Assembly: GCA_036785375.1 (NCBI GenBank)
Contig: JAWMAR010000028.1
Span: 10,044,001-10,108,000 of the forward strand
Direction: 5' to 3'
Source of the DNA: Leucoraja ocellata
Lineage: Eukaryota
DNA length: 64,000 bases
Shown here: one piece after another, positions 49,832-62,619 of the stretch
How positions within the stretch are numbered: the stretch's first letter is position 1
Layout of the letters: every line of letters begins with the position of its first letter
Made by a program: the position numbers and the translations under genes
The notes under the pieces: model-generated
What the model saw: only the letters and a program-made list of their open reading frames with translations
Told to the model about the DNA's origin: nothing
Database searches by the model: none

Positions 49832-50009
49832 CGATAACTTGTATTTCCACAAATCCTGTCTGTTTCCCTAGTTTATTAATCACTTTGACCTTACAAAGCC
49901 CAGTGTCACTTGCTGTATTTTTCAAGGGTTGTAAAGTTGTCGTTACTGAAGGACAGCACATTTTCACTGTTGTTCACTAGTTTCTTCCAGGTGAAATTGG
50001 CTGAGGGGA
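49832..50009 (-). pseudogene. 3' half of the frameshifted Ig exon in copy C
   Basis: Homologous to about 9488-9665, same A5 frameshift; the 5' half is displaced to 51991-52069. Confidence 0.85.
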
Positions 50010-50915
50010 ACAGGAGGAGGAGCCATCTTGGGGAACAGCTGCTAACCAGCAGCCGTCCGTTGAACTCACTTTTTTTGAGTTTTTAGTAAGTCCTGTCCTT
50101 TGCCTGTTGGAGAATGGACTTTTTAATGAGGGGGGAAGGAGGTAATTATACTTCTAGGTCCCTACCTGGTCGGTGAGGCAGCTTTTTCTCCGGGCTGCCC
50201 CGTCGACCCGTCCTCGTGGCCTACCAGCGGGCGTGGAGCGCTGTTTCCTGGCGGGGACCGCCCAGCACCTCGGCTTCGGTGGCAGCACAGCGCTGGGGCG
50301 CTATCGCGGAGTGGAGCGGGCGATGCCTTGCCTGGGTCGCCGCGCTGGAGCTCCGGTGAGCTGTGACCGCCGAGATCAACACCTCCGGGCTGCGGATCTG
50401 CGGAGCGGAGCGGCGCTGACTCTAACATCGGGAGCCTGGGAGCTCCAAACTGGCGCGGCCTTGTCGGCTTCGGAAGCCGCGGTCCCCAGTCAGGAAGCGG
50501 CCGTTCCAGGTGGCCCAGCCGCTGAGAGGACTCTCCCGACGCCGGGACAACACCACCCGGTGAGAACGGCCAGGAACATAGGGCCTCCGTTGAAGCAATA
50601 GCGGTGGCCTCAATAGGCCTGACTTTGGGTGAACTGGGGATGGGGACTGGACATTTTGCCTTCCACCACAGTGGTAACCATTGTGGGGAGATGATTTTTT
50701 TGTGTGTATGTAAACATGTTAGTCTGTGTCCAAGATGGCTGTCGGAAGGGAGAGTGGTCGCAGGCGCGCTTTAGCTGCCGCTGCTCTCTCTTCACATTGT
50801 GTTTTTGATTTTTTGTCTTTGGAATGAATTCTGTTTTTAATTTGTGTTTTGGTGATGTCTTTATTATTTATTTTATTCCGATTATATGTTTTATTATTCT
50901 TGTTAATCTCTGTAA
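50010..50915. mobile_element. Unclassified GC-rich interspersed repeat(s) at the break in the degenerate exon
   Basis: Absent from copy A at the homologous position; family not identified. Confidence 0.5.
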
Positions 50916-51275
50916 GGATCCCAACTTGAAACGTTACCCATCCATGTTCTCCAGGGATGTTACCCGACACACTGAGTTACTCCAGAACTTTGTGTCTTGT
51001 TGTTGTTGTAAATCAGCATATACAATTTATTTTTCTTCATCATTACAACTAATTGGTTTTCCTCACATTGCTCTTTGTGAGAATGTGCTGCACCACATTT
51101 CATTGCTTCACATGTCAAAGGCACTTTATTGGTGATAAAGTGTTTGCGTAGTCCTGAATGGTATGAATGTTCCCCCATAAATCCACATCATTCTTTCCCC
51201 CCCCTAGTAATAATTCAAGTGAAAATACTTTTTACATTCAGTTCCTGTAAATTTCTCATTAATTTCCACACAAAC

Positions 51276-51539
51276 CTTGAACCTGGAGTTTGGTGATGTT
51301 GATCTGCTTCCCCAGAGCATTAGTGGCCTCACATTGATACAGCCCTGCATCAGCTGGCTGGACATCATGGATTGTCAATGTCCCATTCTCAGAGTCTAGC
51401 TCGCTCCATCCACTCGATGACTGCCTCTTCAGTACAAGGTGGGCAGAGGGGTTGGACTGGGTTGTGCAGCTGAACGTGATATTGTCTCCTTCCTTCACAG
51501 CAGAGGGGGTGATGGAGAGAGTGGTGTCCCTGGGGCTAC
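51276..51539 (-). CDS. VCAM1: VCAM1-like copy C, D7-like exon repeat e
   Basis: 264 bp, AG/GT, open; extra NIT sequon. Confidence 0.8.
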
Positions 51540-51990
51540 CTGAAACCAGAGGCGTGAGAAATTAATAAATTGCAAAATGTTTAGACAAATCCATGCAAAG
51601 AAACATAGTCATAGTCATAAATTGATATAGTGTGGAAACAGGCCCTTCGGCCCAACTTGCCCAAACCAGCCATCATTTCCCAGCTACACTCGTCCCACCT
51701 GCCCGCCTTTATTCCATGTCCCTCCAAACCTGTCCTATCCATGTACCTGTCTAACTGTTTCTTAAATGTTGGGATAGTCCCAGTCTCAACTACCTCCTCT
51801 AGCAGCTTGTTCCATACACCCACCACCCTTGGTGTAAAAAGGTTATCCCTCAGATTCATATTAAGTCTTTTCCCTGACACATTAAACCTATGTTCTCTGG
51901 TCCTGGATTCACCTACTCTGGGCAAGAGATTCTATACATCTTGAGATTTCTGAAAGACGCCCAAAAATAAAATTTAGTGTTATTAATATT

Positions 51991-52069
51991 ATGTTATGAA
52001 TGGTGCAGCCAATGGTGACCTTTTCTCCTTCATCGACCAGTTTGAAAGGGTGAGCCCAAACAGTCAGGT
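51991..52069 (-). pseudogene. 5' half of the frameshifted Ig exon in copy C
   Basis: DLTVWAHPFKLVDEGEKVTIGCTIHNI. Confidence 0.85.
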
Positions 52070-52317
52070 CTGGTGATGAGAGAGAAAATACATGTCCAAT
52101 GACTTTGTGCATCTACCTGATCTATACATCTCATGATGTCTATTAATGATTGTTACAATCATGGATTATTGCAATGTCCAATAATCACCATGACTTGTGA
52201 GCTCAAGTTACTGTTCAAGGAATTAGGCACAAAAAGCTCCAGCTTTGTGTCTTGTTGTTGTTGTAAATCAGCATATACAATTTATTTTTCTACATCATTA
52301 CAACTAATTGGATTTCA

Positions 52318-52544
52318 TCACATTGCTCTTTGGGAGAATTGATACCAACCTGCATCAGCTGGCTGGACATCACGGATTGTCAATGTCCCATTCTCAGAGT
52401 CTAGCTTGCTCCATCCACTCGATGACTGCCTCCTCAGTACAAGCTGGGCAGGGGGGTTGGACTGGGTTGTGCAGCTGATCATGACCCTGTCTCCTTCCTT
52501 CACAGCAGAGGGGGTGATGGAGAGAGTGGTGTCCCTGGGGCTAC
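52318..52544 (-). pseudogene. Copy C D7-like repeat d, 3'-deleted (acceptor intact, donor and second Cys lost, in-frame stop)
   Basis: ...DVQPADAGWYQFSQRAM*; deletion junction near 52340. Confidence 0.82.
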
Positions 52545-53628
52545 CTGAAACCAGAGGCATGAGAAATTAATAAATTGCAAAATGTTTAGACAAATCCGTA
52601 CCAAGAAACATAGTCATAGTCATAAAGTGATATAGTGTGGAAACTGGCCCTTCGGCCCAACTTGCCCACACCAGCCATCATTTCCCAGCTACACTCGTCC
52701 CACCTGCCCGCCTTTATTCAATGTCCCTCCAAACCTGTCCTATCCATGTACCTGTCTAACTGTTTCTTAATTGTTGGGATAGTCCCAGCCTTAACTACCT
52801 CCTCTAGCAGCTTGTTCCATACACCCACCACCCTTGGTGTAAAAAGGTTATCCCTCAGATTCCTATTAAGTCTTTTCCCTGACACATTAAACCTATGTTC
52901 TCTGGTCCTTGATTCACCTACTCTGGGCAAGAGACTCTATACATCTACCTGATCTATTCATATCATATGTCTATTAATGATTGTTACAATCATAGATTAT
53001 TGCAATGTATAATAATCACCATGTCTTGTCAGCTCAAGTTTCTGTTCAAGGAATTAGACACAAAAAGCTAGAAATTCTCTCCACTCCTGTGCCAAAGGAT
53101 GGCAGCAGTTAGTTACACTTTCACATACGTTGTTAAATTAAAACCTCCTCTAGTTGACATAAAAGATTCTGTAACATAATTTTAAATTTAACGTGGCAGA
53201 GTTCTGCCCAGTTTATTCCTGCATCCTGGTCAATATTTATCACTAAACCAACATGTGTCTGAAGAAGGATCCCAACTTGAAACGTTACCCATCCATGTTC
53301 TCCAGGGATGTTACCCGACACACTGAGTTACTCCAGAACTTTGTGTCTTGTTGTTGTTGTAAATCAGCATATACAATTTGTTTTTCTTCATCATTACAAC
53401 TAATTGGTTTTCCTCACATTGCTCTTTGTGAGAATGTGCTGCACCACATTTCGTTGCTTCACATGTCAAAGGCACTTTCTTGGTGATAAAGTGTTTGCGT
53501 AGTCCTGAATGGTATGAATGTTCCCCCATAAATCCACATCATTCTTTCCCCCCCCCCTAGTAATAATTCAAGTGAAAATACTTTTTACATTCAGTTCCTG
53601 TAAATTTCTCATTAATTTCCACACAAAC

Positions 53629-53892
53629 CTTGAACCTGGAGTTTGGTGATGTTGATCTGCTTCCCCAGAGCATTAGTGGCCTCACATTGATACAGCCCTG
53701 CATCAGCTGGCTGGACATCACGGATTGTCAATGTCCCATTCTCAGAGTCTATCTTGATCCATCCGCTCGATGACTGCCTCCTCAGTATAAGGTGGGCAGG
53801 GGGGTTGGACTGGGTTGTGCAGCTGAACGTGACCCTGTCTCCTTCCTTCACAGCAGAGGGAGTGATGGAGAGAGTGGTGTCCCTGGGGCTAC
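53629..53892 (-). CDS. VCAM1: VCAM1-like copy C, D7-like exon repeat c
   Basis: 264 bp, AG/GT, open. Confidence 0.85.
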
Positions 53893-54979
53893 CTGAAACC
53901 AGAGGCGTGAGAAATTAATAAATTGCAAAATGTTTAGACAAATCCATGCAAAGAAACATAGTCATAGTCATAAAGTGATATAGTGTGGAAACAGGCCCTT
54001 CGGCTCAACTTGCCCACACCAGCCATCATTTCCCAGCTACACTCGTCCCACCTGCCCGCCTTTATTCCATGTCCCTCCAAACCTGTCCTATCCATGTACC
54101 TGTCTAACTGTTTCTTAAATGTTGGGATAGTCCCAGTCTCAACTACCTCCTCTAGCAGCTTGTTCCATACACCCACCACCCTTGGTGTAAAAAGGTTATC
54201 CCTCAGATTCCTATTAAGTCTTTTCCCCGACACATTAAACCTGTGTTCTCTGGTCCTTGATTCACCTACTCTGGGCAAGAGACTCTATACATCTACCTGA
54301 TCTATTCATATCATGATGTCTATTAATAATTGTTACAATCATAGATTATTGCAAAGTATAATAATCACCATGACTTGTCAGCTCAAGTTTCTGTTCAAGG
54401 AATTAGGCACAAAAAGCTAGAAAGTCTCTCCACTCCTGTGCCAAAGGATGGCAGCAGTTAGTTACACTTTCACATATGTTGTTAAATTAAAACCCCCTCT
54501 AGTTGACATAAAAGATTTGGTAACACAATTCTAAATTTAAAGTGGCAGAGTTCTGCCCAGTTTATTCCTGCATCCTGGTCAATATTTATCACTAAACCAA
54601 CATCAGTCTGAAGAAGGATCCCAACTTGAAACGTTACCCATCCATGTTCTCCAGGGATGTTACCCGACACACTGAGTTACTCCAGAACTTTGTGTCTTGT
54701 TGTTGTTGTAAATCAACATATACAATTTGTTTTCTTCATCATTACAACTAATTGGTTTTCCTCACATTGCTCTTTGTGAGAATGTGCTGCACCACATTTC
54801 ATTGCTTCACATGTCAAAGGCACTTTCTTGGTGATAAAGTGTTTGCGTAGTCCTGAATGGTATGAATGTTCCCCCATAAATCCACATCATTCTTCCCCCC
54901 CCCCCCCCTAGTAATAATTCAAGTGAAAATACTTTTTACATTCAGTTCCTGTAAATTTCTCATTAATTTCCACACAAAC

Positions 54980-55243
54980 CTTGAACCTGGAGTTTGGTGA
55001 TGTTGATCTGCTTCCCAAGAGCATTAGTGGCCTCACATTGATACAGCCCTGCATCAGCTGGCTGGACATCACGGATTGTCAATGTCCCATTCTCAGACTC
55101 TAGCTCGCTCCATCCGCTCGATGACTGCCTCCTCAGTACAAGGTGGGCAGGGGGGTTGGACTGGGTTGTGCAGCTGAACGTGACCCTGTCTCCTTCCTTC
55201 ACAGCAGAGGGGGTGATGGAGAGAGTGGTGTCCCTGGGGCTAC
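54980..55243 (-). CDS. VCAM1: VCAM1-like copy C, D7-like exon repeat b
   Basis: 264 bp, AG/GT, open. Confidence 0.85.
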
Positions 55244-55447
55244 CTGAAACCAGAGGCGTGAGAAATTAATGAATTGCAAAATGTTTAGACAAACCGTGCG
55301 AAAAAACTGTCATAAAATGATACAGTGTTGAAACACGTCTTTCGGCTCAACTTGCCCGAAGCAGCCATCATGTCCCAGCTACACTAGTCCCGCCCGCCCG
55401 TGTTTGGCCCATGTCCCTCCAAACCTATCCTATCCATGTACCTGTCT

Positions 55448-56263
55448 AAGGTACACAGGAATGCTGGAGAAACTCAGCGGGTGCAGCAGCATCTATGGAG
55501 CGAAGGAGATAGGCAACGTTTCAGGCCGAAACCCTTCTTCAGACTGATAGGGGGTGGGGGAAGGCGGGGAGAAGAAAGGAAAAAGGAGGAGGGGCCCGAG
55601 GGCTGAGGGAGAGATAGGAAGGGGAGGAGACAGCAAGGGTTAACAGAATTGTGAGAATTCAATGTTCATGCCACCAGGATGCAGACTCCCCAAGGGGAAT
55701 ATGAGGTGCTGTTCCTCCAAATTCCAGTGTTGCTCACTCTGGCCGTGGAGGAGGCCCAGGACAGAGAGGTCGGATACAGAATGGGAGGGGGAATTGAAGT
55801 GCTGAGCCACCGTGAGGTCAGGTTGGTTAGTGCGAACCGAGCGGAGGTGTTCGTCAAAACGATCGCCAAGCCTACGCTTGGTCTCACCAATATAGATCAG
55901 CTGACATCTAGAGCATTTGGAGGAGGTGCAGGTGAACCTCTGTCGCACCTGGAACGACTGCTTGGGTCCTTGAATGGAGTCAAGGGGGGAGGTAAAGCGA
56001 CAAGTGTAGCATCTCTTGCGGTTGCAAGGGAAAGTACCTGGGGAATGGGGGGAGTGGGGGGAAGGGAAGAATTGACAAGGGAGTTACGGAGGGAGCAGTC
56101 TTTGCGGAAGGCAGACAGGAGGAGATGGGAAGATGTGGCGAGTGGTGGGGTCACGTTGGAGGTGGCGAAACTGACGGAGGACTATTTGTTGTATGTGCCA
56201 GCTAGTGGGGTGAAAGGTGAGGACCAGGGGGACTCTGCCCTTATTGCGAGTGGGGGGGGGGGG
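55448..56263 (-). mobile_element. Penelope-like fragment (paralogous to 10939-11766)
   Basis: YIGETKRRLGDRF; same flanking duplication CATGTACCTGTC. Confidence 0.85.
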
Positions 56264-56431
56264 CATGTACCTGTCCCTTAAATGTTGGGATAGTCCCAGC
56301 CTCAACTACCATGGATGGTATGAATGTTCCCCCATAAATCCAAATCATTCTTGTCCCCCCTTGTAATAATTTAAGTGAAAATACTTTTCACATTCAGTTC
56401 CTGTAAATTTCTCATTAATTTCCACACAAAC

Positions 56432-56695
56432 CTTGAACCTGGAGTTTGGTGATGTTGATCTGCTTCCCCAGAGCATTAGTGGCCTCACATTGATACAGCC
56501 CTGCATCAGCTGGCTGGACATCACGGATTGTCAATGTCCCATTCTCAGAGTCTAGCTCGCTCCATCCGCTCGATGACTGCCTCCTCATTACAAGGTGGGC
56601 AGAGGGGTTGGACTGGGTTGTGCAGCTGAACGTGACCCTGTCTCCTTCCTTCACAGCAGAGGGGGTGATGGAGAGAGTGGTGTCCCTGGGGCTAC
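56432..56695 (-). CDS. VCAM1: VCAM1-like copy C, D7-like exon repeat a
   Basis: 264 bp, AG/GT, open. Confidence 0.85.
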
Positions 56696-57450
56696 CTGAA
56701 ACCAGAGGCGTGAGAAATTAACGAATTGCAAAAAGTTTAGACAAACCGTGCGAAAAAACAGTCATAAAATGATACAGTGTTGAAACACATCTTTCGGCTC
56801 AACTTGCCCAAACCAGCCATCATGTCCCAGCTACACTAGTCCCGCCAGAGGCGTGAGAAATTAATGAATTGCAAAAAGTTGAGCCAAATCCGTGCAAAGA
56901 AACATAGTCATAATCATAAAGTGATATAGTGTGGAAACAGGCCCTTCGGCCCAAATTGCCCACACCAGCCATCATTTCCCAGCTACACTCGTCCCACCTG
57001 CCCGCATTTGGTCCATACCCCTCCAAACCTGTCCTATCCATGTACCTGTCTAACTGTCTTAAATGTTGGGATCGTCCCTGCCTCAACTACCTCCTCTAGC
57101 AGCTTGTTCCATACACCCACCAACCTTTGTGTGAAAAAGTTACCCCTCAGATTCCTACTAAATCTTTTCCCCTTCACCATAAACCTATGTCTGGTCATCG
57201 ATGCACCCACTATGGTCAAAAGACCCTGTGCATCCGCCCAATCTATTCCTCTCCTGATTTATACACCTCTATAAGATCATCCCTCACCTGCTCTCCAAGG
57301 AATAGAGTCCCAGCCTGCCCAACCTCTCCCTATAGCTCAGACCCTTTAGCTCTAGTGACATCCTGGTAAATCTTCTCTCAACCCTTTCCAGCTTGACCAC
57401 GTCTTTCCTATAACAATGATAGTAAAATTACAATAGTGAAACAAACGCAC

Positions 57451-57717
57451 CTTGAACGTGGAATTCCACCTCCTTGGTGATTGTCCCCAGTTTATTGCCG
57501 GCTTCACAGCGGTACATTCCCGTGTCCCCGAACAGGGCCGGTGACAGGTGCAGAATCGCTCGGTCCTCGGCCACGACTGACCAGTTGCCGGCGGATAACT
57601 TGCTCCACACTATCGTGGCAGCGGGGCTGCTGTCTGCAGCACAGGTTAGCCGAACATCCTGACCCTCTCTCACTGTGGCAGAGGGCTCTGCAGTAATATC
57701 AATCCCCGTGGGAGCAT
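57451..57717 (-). CDS. VCAM1: VCAM1-like copy C exon 4, Ig D3
   Basis: 267 bp, AG/GT, open. Confidence 0.92.
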
Positions 57718-57835
57718 CTGTAGAAGGAGATGGGATAATTCACTACATTAAAGGCGGGCGACTTAAACCATTGTCCAGACTACGTCTATGACTGTGATTC
57801 CGTTCTCAATGTTATATCTCTGTCTCCATACTTAC

Positions 57836-58138
57836 AGCGAACCTGTAACGTTAGCGACCCCTCAGCCTTGCGTGGTTGGTTCCCCGTGAGTAATTGCACT
57901 CGGCATGTCAGCTCTTGTCCCGAGTCTCGCAATTCAGCCGTCAGTTCGTAGGTGAAGTTCATCGCCGTTTCTTCCTCTGTGTAGTCACGGAAGCTGTCAG
58001 TCTTCAGCAATGTTGTTCCTTTCAGCCACTCCACCTCCACTTGAGCGGGGTAGACTTTGGGGACCGTACATCTCACGGAGCCTCTCTGGCCAACTTCCAG
58101 GCTGCCCACAGTCTCCACGATGAGTGTGTCGGACAGAG
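57836..58138 (-). CDS. VCAM1: VCAM1-like copy C exon 3, Ig D2
   Basis: 303 bp, AG/GTAAGT, open. Confidence 0.92.
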
Positions 58139-58668
58139 CTGCAACGACACGTGGATTCAGGAATCAAACAGGGATTCAGGGTGGAATGTACAGCACCCAA
58201 GTTGCCCATCGATTTAGTCAGAGGGTGGTGAATCTGCAGAATTCATTGCCACAGAAGGCTGTGGAGGCCAAGGCAATGGATATATTTAAGGCAGAAATAG
58301 GCAGATTCTTGATTAGTACGGGTGTCAGAGGTTATGGGAGAAGGCAGGAGAATGGGGTTAAGAAGGAGAGATGGATCAGCCATGAGTGAATGGTGGAGTA
58401 GACTCGATGGGCCGTATGGGTGAATTCTGCTCCTGTTATTTATGAACATGATTTGTTACCAAACTCTCATTCGATCAGCAAAAGGACAACTTTCATGTCA
58501 GAAAACATTCATGAATCTGTTAACTAAAATATTTGTTGAAGACCAAAACAAAGACAATCGTTGGAAGGCCCTGAATAAAACAGCGTGTGCCGGAAATACT
58601 CATCTGGCAGGCAGTATTGGTTAAGAAAACAGAGGAAAAACTGCTCTCTGCAGACGCTGTGCTACAAC

Positions 58669-59423
58669 ATAGAAACATAGAAACATAGAAATTAGGTGCA
58701 GGAGTAGGCCATTCGGCCCTTCGAGCCTGCACCGCCATTCAATATGATCATGGCTGATCATCCAACTCAGTATCCCGTACCTGCCTTCTCTCCATACCCC
58801 CTGATCCCCTTAGCCACAAGGGCCACATCTAACTCCCTCTTAAATATAGCCAATGAACTGGCCTCAACTACCCTCTGTGGCAGAGAGTTCCAGAGATTCA
58901 CCACTCTCTGCGTGAAAAAAAGTTCTTCTCATCTCGGTTTTAAAGGATTTCCCCTTTATCCTTAAGCTGTGACCCCTTGTCCTGGACTTCCCCAACATCG
59001 GGAACAATCTTCCTGCATCTAGCCTGTCCAACCCCTTAAGAATTTTGTAAGTTTCTATAAGATCCCCTCTCAATCTTCTAAATTCTAGAGAGTATAAACC
59101 AAGTCTATCCAGTCTTTCTTCATAAGACAGTCCTGACATCCCAGGAATCAGTCTGGTGAACCGTCTCTGCACTCCCTCTATGGCAATAATGTCCTTCCTC
59201 AGATTTGGAGACCAAAACTGTACGCAATACTCCAGGTGTGGTCTCACCAAGACCCTGTACAACTGCAGTAGAACCTCTCTGCTCCTATACTCAAATCCTT
59301 TTGCAATGAAAGCTAACATACCATTCGCTTTCTTTACTGCCTGCTGCACCTGCATGCCTACCTTCAATGACTGGTGTACCATGACACCCAGGTCTCGCTG
59401 CATCTCCCCCTTTCCCAATCAGC
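58669..59423 (-). mobile_element. Young 5'-truncated CR1 insertion specific to copy C intron 2
   Basis: ORF 58864-59418; (TTCTATGT)n tail; empty site GCTACAAC|GAGTG in copy A. Confidence 0.92.
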
Positions 59424-59684
59424 CAACGAGTGAAATCTCCCCAGAACAATGACCTTTCAGTGGAACAGCAGATGCTGGTTTAAACCGAAGATAGACACAA
59501 AAAGCTGGAGTAACTCAGCAGGACAGGCAGCATCTCTGAGAAAGAAGGAACGGTCGAGATTCTGTTTCTCTCTTCGTGGAGGCTGCACGAATAATTGAGT
59601 GTTTCCAGTATTTTTTTTTTTAACTTTTATGTGGCCGGACAAAGTTGCAACAAGTTTACAGTCGGGAGATGGGTTAATACTCAC

Positions 59685-59960
59685 AGAATATATTGAGTTT
59701 GGCATATGTTCGTTTTACATCTGCGCCGCATTTTGCGGAACAAGTGTACTTGTGTTGGTTCTGCGGGGTAACCGCGGAGATGGTGAACTTGGACACCGAG
59801 CCCCGAGTTGTGATTGTTCCGCCCAGGGGGTTATCGGTCCCGATTCTCCACGTGAAGGTCGGAGACGAGCAGCTCTTCGCCTCACAGTTCAACTCCAGCG
59901 AGTCCCCGATACGAGCCCACACGTCTCTAGACGGGTTTAACTCCAAATTGAAGGCGGATC
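59685..59960 (-). CDS. VCAM1: VCAM1-like copy C exon 2, Ig D1
   Basis: 276 bp, TDNPL motif, four Cys. Confidence 0.94.
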
Positions 59961-60149
59961 CTGCAGTTTTGAAACATTACAAAAGCAATATTATTTTTTA
60001 AAAGCTTATAAGTTTAACGCTTTAAATATTCACCTCTTTATTACTATAAACAAACAGATACCGAAATTGATACTTTGGTGCCTGATATTTATCACAAAAC
60101 GAATCCGAAGAAAATGCAGATTATTAGTGGTGTAAAATAAATGAGAAAC

Positions 60150-60210
60150 CTGTGGCGAGCATCAATGCAAGAGTAATTGTAGCGGCTGGGTCGCATCTGT
60201 CTCCAGCCAT
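60150..60210 (-). CDS. VCAM1: VCAM1-like copy C exon 1, signal peptide
   Basis: MAGDRCDPAATITLALMLAT(G), Kozak ACCATGG. Confidence 0.88.
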
Positions 60211-60254
60211 GGTTCAGCGGCACTCGGACACACACACACACACACAAGCCGAGG

Positions 60255-60430
60255 TTGACTTCACTTCTGCAAGGGGCGTCAGGCTCTGGAGCTGTGAGCC
60301 TGGGCTCCGCCGCCCCGCTTTATAACCCTGTCTGGAAGAGCAGGGAACTTCCCTTGGCTTCAGGCGAGCAATCCCCACCACGCACCGTTCACTGGCTCCT
60401 GGTCTTTCTCTGCTGAAGGGAATTTACCAC
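60255..60430 (-). promoter_or_regulatory. Copy C promoter (TATA, NF-kB)
   Basis: TATAAA 60324-60319; GGGAACTTCCC 60343-60353; GGGAATTTACC near 60418. Confidence 0.7.
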
Positions 60431-60603
60431 AAAGGGCATCGCAGTTTAAATAAACACAAGTTTCCCAATTCCATATCTTGCAGATCATAACCAGACACTT
60501 ATGGAAGCGCAGAATCACGTAATCTTTTTAACATGCATTTTACGCACGAACAAGAGCCACTCGGCCCATTGAGTTCGTGCCAGCACATTCATTTGGGCCC
60601 CAC

Positions 60604-62600
60604 TCTAGTGACTCTAATGTTTCTTGAAACGTCACTACTAATGCCTCTACAACCTTTACAGCGATCTTTTTCAGAGCCCTCGGGTGCAATGAATCTTGTC
60701 CAGGTGACTTATCCACCTTCAATCTTTTAGCTTCCCGACACCTTCTCCTCATGAATAGCAACTGCACTCATTTCTGCCCCCTGACTCTCTTGAAATTCTG
60801 GTATGGTGCTGTGTCTTTCACTGTGAAACTGATGCAAAAAAACATTCAGTTCGTCTGCCATCTCTTTGTTTCCAACGACTACTTCTCCAGTATCATTTTC
60901 CAGTTGTCCAATGTCCACTCTTGCGTCTCTTTTACCCCTTATACATCCGGAAAAAAACATGTAATATCCTCTTTTATATCATTGGCATGCTTACCCTCAT
61001 CCCTTTCCCCCCATAATGCGATTTTAGTTGCCTTCTCTTGGTTTTTAAAAGCTTCCTAATCATCTAGCTTTCTTGATAATATTTGCCATATTATATGATT
61101 TCTCGTTAGGTTAATGCTGTCTTTGACTTCCTATGTCAGCAATGGTTGTTTCATTCTCCTTTTGGTATGTTTCTTCTTCTTTGGGGGAAAAAAAGATCCT
61201 GCGTCTTACAAGTCACTCCCAGAAACTCCTGCCATTGCTGCTCCTTCATCATTCCTGCTGGAGTCCCTTTCCAATTAATTTAGCCTGCTCCTCCCTCATG
61301 CTTCTGTTGACACTTTTACTCAACAGTAATACTGATATTTCCAATTTCAGTTTCCCCTTCTCAAACGGTAGCTTGAAACGAATCATATTATGATCACTGC
61401 CTCCTAGGGGTTCCTTCACCTTAAACTCCCTAATCAAATCTGGTTCATTATGTCAAATCCAGAATCGCCTTTTCCCTAGTAGTCTCAACCGCAAGCTGCT
61501 CTAAGTAGCCATCATGCAGGCACTCCACAAATTCCTTCTCTTGGGATCCCGTACCAACCTGATTTTCCCAGTCTACCTGAGTATTGAAATCTCCCACGAG
61601 CACTATGACATTGCCTTTCTTACATGCCGATTGTATCTCCTGATGTCATTTGTACCCCACTTCCTGGCAGCTAGTTTTCGGAGGCCTGTATGTTACTCCC
61701 ATCAGGGTCTTTTTTACCCTTTTTGTAGTTTCTTAGCTGTACCCACAAGGATTCTACATTTCCTAATCCTATGTTACCCCTTGCTAAGGACTGAATTTCA
61801 TTCCTTCGAACAGAGATACCCCACCACCTCTGCCTACCTGTCTGTCTTTTCGATAGGATGTGTAACCTTGTATATTCAGCTCTCATCTCTGATCCTCTTT
61901 CAGCCACGACTGTGATGCCCGCAATGTGGTACCTGCCAAATTCTAGCCACGCTATAAGCTCATCCTTATTTTATGTTCTGCATGAATTCAAATAAAACAT
62001 TTTTAGTTCAGTATTCATTCTTCTCGAATTGGCCCCCATGTTGCCTGACGTTAGACTCTTATCCCCTACTAAACTCCCAGTTCTATTTCTTATTCCTGAG
62101 ACTTCAGTAACCTCTCCTGTGCTCTCCTTCCATTTAACTTTAACCCAAACGTTTCCAATCTGAAATCTGCTGAAACATTCCACCATTTAGTTTAATCCAC
62201 AGCACCAGTTATGTGATTCACCAGAACCCTGGTCCCAATAGTGTTCAGGTGGAGTCTGTCCCATCGGAACAGCTCCCTCCTTCCTCAATACTGATGCCAA
62301 TGTTCCATGACTACTTCCACACTAAACTTTGAGCCAGCCATTCATCTCTTTAATCTTATCCAATGCCTATGCCAATTTGCACATGGCTCAGGTAGCAATC
62401 CATAGCTTAATTCCATTTTGGTTCTGATTTGTAATTTAATCCCTATCTGCTCAAATTCTCCCAGCAGAATCTCTTTCCTTGTTCCACTTCCATCATTGGT
62501 AGCCACAAGGACTCCGACAACTGGATCTTCCCCCTCCCACTGCACATTAATCTGCAGGTCAGAGGAAATGGCCTGAACATTTGAACAAATGTCCTGAACA
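60604..62600 (-). mobile_element. Old degenerate CR1 (ORF1/endonuclease region)
   Basis: LKVDKSPGQD, EPLGGSDHNMIRF, VESLWVQLRN fragments; boundaries approximate. Confidence 0.78.
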
Positions 62601-62619
62601 TCTGTTCTGAAATGTCCTG

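Noticed and set aside
8657-60210. Assignment to MAdCAM1, ICAM or CEACAM/CD22 families
   Set aside because: No mucin segment; D1, D2, D3, the D7-like domain and the cytoplasmic SY tail all align best, from memory, with VCAM1; formal phylogeny still needed
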